64,000 bases of DNA. Source: Octopus vulgaris (lineage: Eukaryota). The translations under genes were made by a program, and so were the position numbers. The notes below the pieces were generated by a model. The model was not told where the DNA came from and did not search any database. It worked only from the letters and a program-made list of their open reading frames with translations. Positions 56,330 through 64,000 of this stretch are shown here, piece by piece. The stretch is from the NCBI GenBank assembly GCA_951406725.2, contig OX597824.1, positions 97,030,001 through 97,094,000 on the forward strand, in the 5' to 3' direction. Each line of letters starts with the position of its first letter. Within the stretch, counting starts at the first letter, position 1.

Positions 56330-58450
56330 CAAGGGCTCCTTTCACTTCGTTCAGTCGCTGCAGGCACTGATAGGGGCCTCGATCATTCACACTCTTTTAA
56401 CTCTAGTCTTTCCTCAGACATTCTTGTTTTCACTATCAACTAATTAATTAACTTAAACTTTCAAATAAATTTTAAAATTCATTATAGGAATTCCACAGCA
56501 CATTCGCAACTCTAGCTTCTAAATTTGACTTGAATTATTCATTTCTGGAGACTAAATACTACAAATTGAGTAAAACATGGAATAATTTTGGACTTCATTT
56601 TTTTCTCTCCTTTTTCTTGTAAAGAAAATTTGAAATCATTTCCTTCGCAACGGAAACTCGTTGTATTTAAGGCAAAAGGTGTTAAACCTGTTCGCTTCCA
56701 AGTGTGAGAATCTAATCTGAAGTGGAAGAGATATCAAACATTCGCTATTCTTGTTCTTCAGTCTTAGGAAATCCGTTCTCTATATGGGAACAGGAGACTA
56801 GTACAAACAGCTTCAGTTTCTTGTTCAAGTAAAGTATTAAGTTCCTCATTCCAGCGAGCGGAACCCTCCAAATTCTGTTTCCTGCTTTTCTTAATATTCC
56901 CTCTACCAGATTACTTTTGACACAGGGAAGTCTGTTCTTCAAGGACATCACTTAACACACGAACAGCTACCTTGAGTATCCCGTTAGGTAACTTATTGTA
57001 ACAATAATTAACCATAGGATCATGTGATCAGTCCCTCACAGCTTTTTTTTTTATCATTGCCGTTAATACAAAATTTCTGGGTAGCCACTGCTCTTCATTG
57101 TGGAGCTTGAATGCAATAACACAATTTTCAGAAAGTCCATTAATTTCCTTAGACTCATAGACTCACGCCTTTTCTCTGTGGACCGAGAAAACCGTTCGCA
57201 CATTGTTCTTAATGTATCTGATTAGTCTAACTTCCTTCCAAGTATCAGAGATTCTCAAAACCGCTTGCGCAGCCGCACAGTGTTGCTGGACAAAATATTT
57301 AACTTTAAATTTAAGTTTTGCAGCGATCGCAGTAATTTTACTCAACATCCCTAAGAATCTATCAGAGGTAAACATAATTAGAAAATTACTATTTGTAAAT
57401 CTCACAACGAGAGATATTCAGCAAAAGTACTTCGGAGTAAGGATTGCTTGCCAACATAACATGGCAGTCCTGGTTGAGGACGAATGTTGCTGTAGTTTAG
57501 CCCCAGAAGACATCATCTCCAGCTGACTGTACGACACGATCTGTTTCCTTATATTTTCGAACAAGGGAATCTAGCACCCTAACATAATTTTTCAGGAGAC
57601 CAAGCCTTCTTTACTGAAAACTATTTAATATCAGTCACGATAGAAGATACATCACAAACATGCAACTGGATTATTCCACGAAAATGTTTTATACTCACTG
57701 CAATAATTACGTCTGAACTGGAAATAGAAAACAAGATATTTATCAACAGGTAATTTAGTGTTTTCATCAATTGTCAAGGTGTGAAAATTTGCAGATGCAG
57801 TTTGTTTAAACATGTATATTTCAACAACGAAGTTGCATCATTCTATAAATTCAAGCACATAATTATTGCCTCACCAGCTGTCAAAAACTTTCAACATCTT
57901 TTTACATACGGCCATTAAAATGCTGAACTGAAATTAAATAGTTATTTATCTGAAAGGCTAAAACGGGATTATAAATAACTTTAATCTGCTCTCAGTTTGA
58001 TTATTTTCGCTCTTGATCACTCGAAATCTCACGTAGCAAGTGCAGTACTCTGTTCACAAGCAATAGTTGTTTTCCAAGTTTATGGAAGTCTTGCTTCTAA
58101 GTGTCTTCAAATTTCTTTCCATTAGCAAAACTCCTAGCAATTATTGTATCACGACAATAAACACAACGCAAACCACTCCACATGTGACCATCAGACATAA
58201 ATATTTCATGCAGCTTTTGCGATTTTGAAGCGGTTTTTCGCTACTTCATCCCGCTGTTCATTTACTCAAGCAACTCAAAGTTCGTTTTTGCCTCCCTATC
58301 TTTAAATGTGGTATGGTTCATCAGTTCTTGACAAAGTTTGTTATCAGAATTATAAGACGAAATACTTTTGTAAATTTACAAATAGATGCAGTTTGCAAAC
58401 CAAATTTATGTGTACCAGAAATAATATAGAATGCTAGAAAAGATGATATA
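56330..58450 (-). pseudogene. Decayed hAT-family (ZNF862-like) transposase
   Basis: Collinear minus-strand motifs TLTIDENT..VDKYLVFY (~57790-57715), MFTSD..MLSK..IAAKL..QQHCAA..DTWKEV (57163-57405) and IAFKLHNEEQWLPRNF (~57120-57070), matching DESTD, TSDGA, HC.AH and RWLSR; boundaries approximate. Confidence 0.75.
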
Positions 58451-59169
58451 AAAATGATATCAAAGATGAAGCAATAGATTTGAGCGCGTTTCATCGCGAC
58501 TGGTTTCTCACTGGTGGGGGGCAGGGCGTCTTGTTAAGTCAAGGCGATCTGCTGACGCCAGTTCCCCTCAACATTAATTTATTATGGCTTGTTGTGGTGC
58601 ATAAGGGAGCTGTATTTAATACAAAAATTAAATACGATTTGCGCCATCCCACTGGGGCATCCAACTGGTCATCCACCAGGGGCACCCCACCTCTGCTAAT
58701 TTAGCGTTTATTTCTCGTACAAAAGAAAAAGATCGCTTACGTTACCATCCCACCTTCACTCTTAGGAAAATAATCAATTAGCAGTTTGCCTCTGGATTAT
58801 CTAAAAATCGGGCAATTTAAGAGATGTAACTCAGAAGGAAAAGAGCCGAAACGAATACTGCAAGTTATTCCATCTATAATGATATATATATATTTATATA
58901 TATATTAGGCAAAAGGACACAAGGCCCCATCTATTCGGTTATATCGATCTCATCAATTGATTCTAGTGTTTATTTTGATGATTCTAGGAAGATAAAATCA
59001 TTGTGGCTATTGACAGGGTTTGAACTCCGAAATTATGAAGTGCGAGCCTAGATATGGTCAGGTGTTTCGTGAGGGGTGTTACAGGTACCATTGCCCCCCA
59101 TCGCTATCTATAGATTTCTTTTCATTGATAAGAAGAATATTAAAATATTGTAATAATAATAATAATAAT

Positions 59170-59202
<33 letters not shown>

Positions 59203-59329
59203 AAGAAGAAGAAGAAGAAGAAGAAGAAGAACAACAACAACAACAACAACAATATCGATGGATTAGATCGACCAAATCGGAACCATAGATAGGTTTATCG
59301 ATTTGAGGATTTCATCGATTTTGTTTTTT

Positions 59330-59568
59330 CTCCCCCACCCTCACTTCCTGCTACCTTACATTCCCCCCACTTCCTTCATTCTTTCCTCCTCCCCCGTTTC
59401 ACGCTAACCTCCCGCCTCTCCTCCCCATCGCTACCAGCAGTCATCGTCTGTTTGTGCAAGTTAAGTTTCGACGCTGAGCGAGCGGAGAGGACGAACGCCG
59501 GCGAAAACATGGCGATCGGCATTAAGGCGAACGAAGCGAGGCAAGAGCTGGAAATATGAAAGGTAAAG
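59330..59568 (+). promoter_or_regulatory. Candidate promoter/first exon (CpG-rich patch ending at a splice donor)
   Basis: Local CpG density, AAAACATGGCG at 59504-59514 and AAG|GTAAAG after 59562. Confidence 0.35.
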
Positions 59569-59959
59569 AGAAGAAGAGTTGCTTATGTAGGGAAGCAGTG
59601 AAGTGGTTTATCTGAATCTATCTCAATGACTCGACCAGATTAGCAAAAACAAACAAACAAACAAACAAATAAATAAATAGAAACTAGGTTGGAAATAGAA
59701 ATAAACCAAATGTTTTGTGGACCTCTTGTCTTTCTTCCCCCCATTAATTGCTTTCTTTTCTTTTTTCTTTCCCTCTTTCTTTCTAGCTTTCTGCATTTCG
59801 TAATTCTTTCTATCTTTATTCCTTTTTCTCTTTCAAATATTCTCGTCATTATTTCTTTCTTATTCTGACCTGTTTTTTATCTTTTTCGAATTTCTTTTAT
59901 TTTTTTTTCCCATTCCATACTTCATTCTTTCTCCACTTCGTACTTTTGCTGCACAATTG

Positions 59960-60150
59960 AGGACAGCTATGTGCACCTCGGGTATACGCAGTGTCACGAT
60001 TGGGCTTTTGGTTTCTGTCAATTTGAAAGAGGCCAAAAGTATGTGTGTGGTGCCTTCTAAAGCTACGTTCTATACATTGTGTAGATTTTTACAATCCTGG
60101 GCTATAACACATGAAATGTATGCAGTACCTAGTTATGCCATTTTCTGTTT

Positions 60151-60192
<42 letters not shown>

Positions 60193-62170
60193 TATATGAA
60201 AGTCTGATATACGCCACATAATATGTCTGTCATTTCCTTGTTCCCTTAAAGTTCCGCACAATATTGTCAAATTAATGTAATTCCAGTATCTTCATAAATC
60301 AGTCTGGGAGAATCCAGGGATATGACAGGCTCTGATTTCTCACTGTCGCATCGTCCACTACCATATTTTTGAAAAGAAATCGATCAATTCTCCTTCAGGC
60401 ATCGATCCTTTGTGCTCTACAGAATTGTATTTTATCCAGTTTTGGATCGTAATTTGAAGAGTAGTTTATCGCTCACCGTCAAAGAAATGATGTGTGTCGT
60501 AGGATGTGGGGTCAGCTGGTGATCTTGCCTTTGAGGCCGTTCTTGCCCTCGTTAGTAAAAGGGCCCTCTAGGTGCTTATTTCAAAGTCTTGCTGAAGGAT
60601 GTTCTGAAGCAGTAGAGTATCAAACGGTATCCTCCCCATCCCTAACATTTAAAGGAAGTGGATGTTTTATTTGAACTTCCATAATCATATTCCAAAGTTA
60701 CGAATAATCGTTTGTTTTTCTCAGAAAAACCGTTTGTAGAAGTGTGAACAGAGCGGCAACAAAACAAAGAACTCCGTCTGAGTAAAAGAAATGAATTTCA
60801 AGTCATCCGATGCCATTTCAAGTTTCACTTTTAAATATTATCAATGCCGCGACTTTTACAGTTCCTAAAGCTATCAAAAAGAAAATCTCAAATTTGTATA
60901 TATTTGATGTAAACCTTACCCATTTCTTTGCTTTAGTCTCCTCTTTGCCTCATAAAACTATTGCAGGTTGTTTGAGGGCGAGGTTTCCACTGAGCCGTTT
61001 TATGCAAATGCTTTTCTTTTTCAGTAATGGTATACTTCAAATGCTATATTAAATCAACCATTGAAAGCAAATATTTATGCTTTAAGCTTTCGAGATTTTA
61101 CAGTCGTGTTCAATTAATGTTGTCATAAGCATCATACAGTACAATTTTGTTTTCGAAAGGGTTACATACCAATATCTACGCTTTCTTCACTGCGTAAGAT
61201 TTTAATTTGTCTTTCATTTGTCTATCCTATGTTTGTAACTTCTATCTTTTGTTACGAGGCGTCGTCTAGTTAATCCCGTATATATTGTTGTGACTACACA
61301 AACGATTAAGAAATTGTTTAATTGGATAACAGAGTTGGATATGTAAATGTTGTAAATTATCTCCCATTTTAATCGCTGATATTGTCCCTTATGAACACGA
61401 AAAAAGTCCACTTAAACAAATTTCCTCCAGCTCGTGGAGATTGCTTCGGCCTGACCGAAATATCTTAACATTCTGTTCCTATATGTTCCGTCAACTCTTC
61501 ATCCGTAACTACAGAAAATTGTCGAACAGCAGATTGGCTGTCACTGAAGAATTACAATGTCCGGAATTGGTAAATATTGTTTATTAATACGGCAACCTTC
61601 TTCTTATAACAGTAAAATTACTATTGTTATCAATTCTATCATGTTTAGTATTATTGGTATCCCAATCAGAACTTTCCCGGTTTCCACGCTTATCAAACAA
61701 AATACAACCACTTCTCTTTATAGCCTCCACTTCCAGCTCCATCAACCAATGTGTCTTGTCATTGTGTCAACATGGCTGCATACTTGTTTTCTTTTCTTCT
61801 GAACATTGTTGTCCCGAGTAAGTTGTATCTTTTTTTTTTTTTTGTTTCGTAGTCATTCTTTTGATTTCCTGGATGAAGTCGGATTACATGTAACTCCCTT
61901 GAAGCAGCATCGGAGAAAAGTTGAAATTCATTTCTTTTGTCCAAACTGGTCATTCTTTTGCCTCGTTCTTCCCTTTTCTTCAAGATTATCTTGAGGAAAC
62001 AAACGGCTGTTCGTAACTCTGTATACATTTGGTAATGTTGAACTTCAAATATCTATCTGATAGAATCTACTCAATGTGTATTTCGAAGGATCTTTTCTTC
62101 ATATGAATAGGAATCCTGCCAACAGGTTGTGTTGAACATCCTGTTGGTGAGATAGTCCCAATAGATTTTC
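59960..62170 (-). pseudogene. Heavily decayed RLE-type (R4/Dong-like) LINE
   Basis: Minus-strand remnants LLGLSHQQDVQH, HKGQYQR and terminal NV*NVALEGTTHIL (cf. IQKIALLGTAHIL), in the expected order. Confidence 0.45.
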
Positions 62171-62239
62171 TTCTTCTTCTTCTTCTTCTTCTTCTTCTTC
62201 TTCTTCTTCTTCTTCTTCTTCTTCTTCTTCTTCTTCTTC

Positions 62240-62277
<38 letters not shown>

Positions 62278-62342
62278 TGTAATCGTCGTCGTCATCGTCA
62301 TCGTCGTCGTGGTCGTGGTCGTCGTCATCATCATCATCATTA

Positions 62343-62376
<34 letters not shown>

Positions 62377-62420
62377 GGTGGTGGTGGTGGTCATCATCAT
62401 CATCATCATCATCATCATAA

Positions 62421-62454
<34 letters not shown>

Positions 62455-62471
62455 GGTGGTGGTGGTGGTGG

Positions 62472-62531
<60 letters not shown>

Positions 62532-62565
62532 TGGTCGTCGTTGTCGTCATCAGCATCGTCGTCAC
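62167..62565. repeat. (TTC)n-(TCA)n-(TCG)n-(TGG)n compound array with ~70-80-bp higher-order units
   Basis: The block catcgtcgtcatcgtcatcgtcatcgtcgtgg recurs about four times. Confidence 0.9.
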
Positions 62566-62752
62566 CTTCCTGCTCCACCTCATCGACGGTTGAATATCAA
62601 TCGAAAAAAATGGGACGGTTGCGCAAGAATTTTCGGGTTTGCGTAATGTTTTATGATAGGTTGAGGAATGTTCTTTGGATTGGTAGTAAATAACTATTGG
62701 AACACTTGCGTAGTGATGTTTTTAGCTATCCATCGTTTTTGCCTACTATCTC

Positions 62753-62838
<86 letters not shown>

Positions 62839-63305
62839 GTATGTATTTATACAGTGTTTGACTACAGATGCAGACGATAACCGCATTTCTCTACAATTAA
62901 CAGTCTGTTTGTATAATCAATTGCAATCACGTGACAATTGACTCTCAAATTGGAATTGCAATTCAGACCATAAAAGAAGTGCAACAGAGACGGCACGGCA
63001 TCATGCCCGACATTGCAGCATTTACAGTCAGTGCACGACTACTTTATTTAACACTGGTCCTTTTTTTTTACTCATTTGTACCTTATTTATCGAACCGAAA
63101 CGATGAAATGGAATCTTAGCCAACGTGAGTTTCGAACGCAGGGAGCCGGAACCAATGAGTTACATCAATTGCTGGATGCTCAACCGATTATGCTGATTCA
63201 GTACCTTTGTGTATGTGTGCATGTATGCATGTATGTATGTAAGTATGAATGTATGTATGTATGTGTATATAAGTCTATATGTGTGTACTTATATGCATGT
63301 ATACA

Positions 63306-63357
<52 letters not shown>

Positions 63358-63437
63358 GTGTGCATGTACATATACGCACACACATATCACATAAATTGAA
63401 GCACACACACACCAAAAACGCACATGCGCACACACAT

Positions 63438-63468
<31 letters not shown>

Positions 63469-63566
63469 CATACACACACATTAAGAGAGAGAGAGAGACA
63501 GAGAGAGAAGTAATGAGAGGCATTACTATTCTCGATAAAGTTGATGTGGTCTGAGGATTACTGTGG

Positions 63567-63648
<82 letters not shown>

Positions 63649-64000
63649 GTAGTGCTACTGCTGCTGCTGCGGCTGCTGCTGCTTGCTGCTGTAGCTGTTG
63701 GTGCTGTTGGTGCTGCTGCTGCTGCTGCCCCGTAGTGGCGTGAAATTTGATTGAAAGGTATGTCAGCCGCATAAAGTAGGGCTGCAGCGTCGGAGAGCCG
63801 GAGCTGAGCGTCGTTTGATAAGCAATGTGTTCAGAGAAGCATGTGGAAGCGTTGGCTGCTCGCACTGGCTTGAAGGGAGTGGTTATGGGTGGTTGGATGG
63901 TTTGATGGTTGGATGGTTGCGGCCTTGGTGGTTTAAAAGTGCTGTAGTGCTGGTGGTGGTGGTGGTGGCGGTGGCGGTGGGTGGTGGGTGGGTGGGTGGT

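Overview
Eukaryotic, AT-rich, microsatellite-saturated intergenic or intronic DNA. The repeat families look like those of a coleoid cephalopod, probably Octopus; this is recognition from sequence style, not a database result. No intact host protein-coding gene can be supported, and almost all listed ORFs are translations of simple repeats. The identifiable content is transposon debris: three tRNA-headed SINE types (three copies keep target-site duplications), a CR1-group LINE RT pseudogene, RTE and RLE-type (R4/Dong-like) LINE 3' ends, a mariner and a hAT transposase pseudogene, a Helitron, a Helentron-like element and many short Penelope-like remnants. Three structural signals stand out. First, a young ~497-bp (AAT)n-embedded element carrying a 41-bp fold-back hairpin occurs twice in inverted orientation. 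Second, there are several different minimal hammerhead-ribozyme variants, including A6U, U3-A8 and long-stem-II forms. Third, long fold-back palindromes appear to have arisen independently within Penelope-like remnants.
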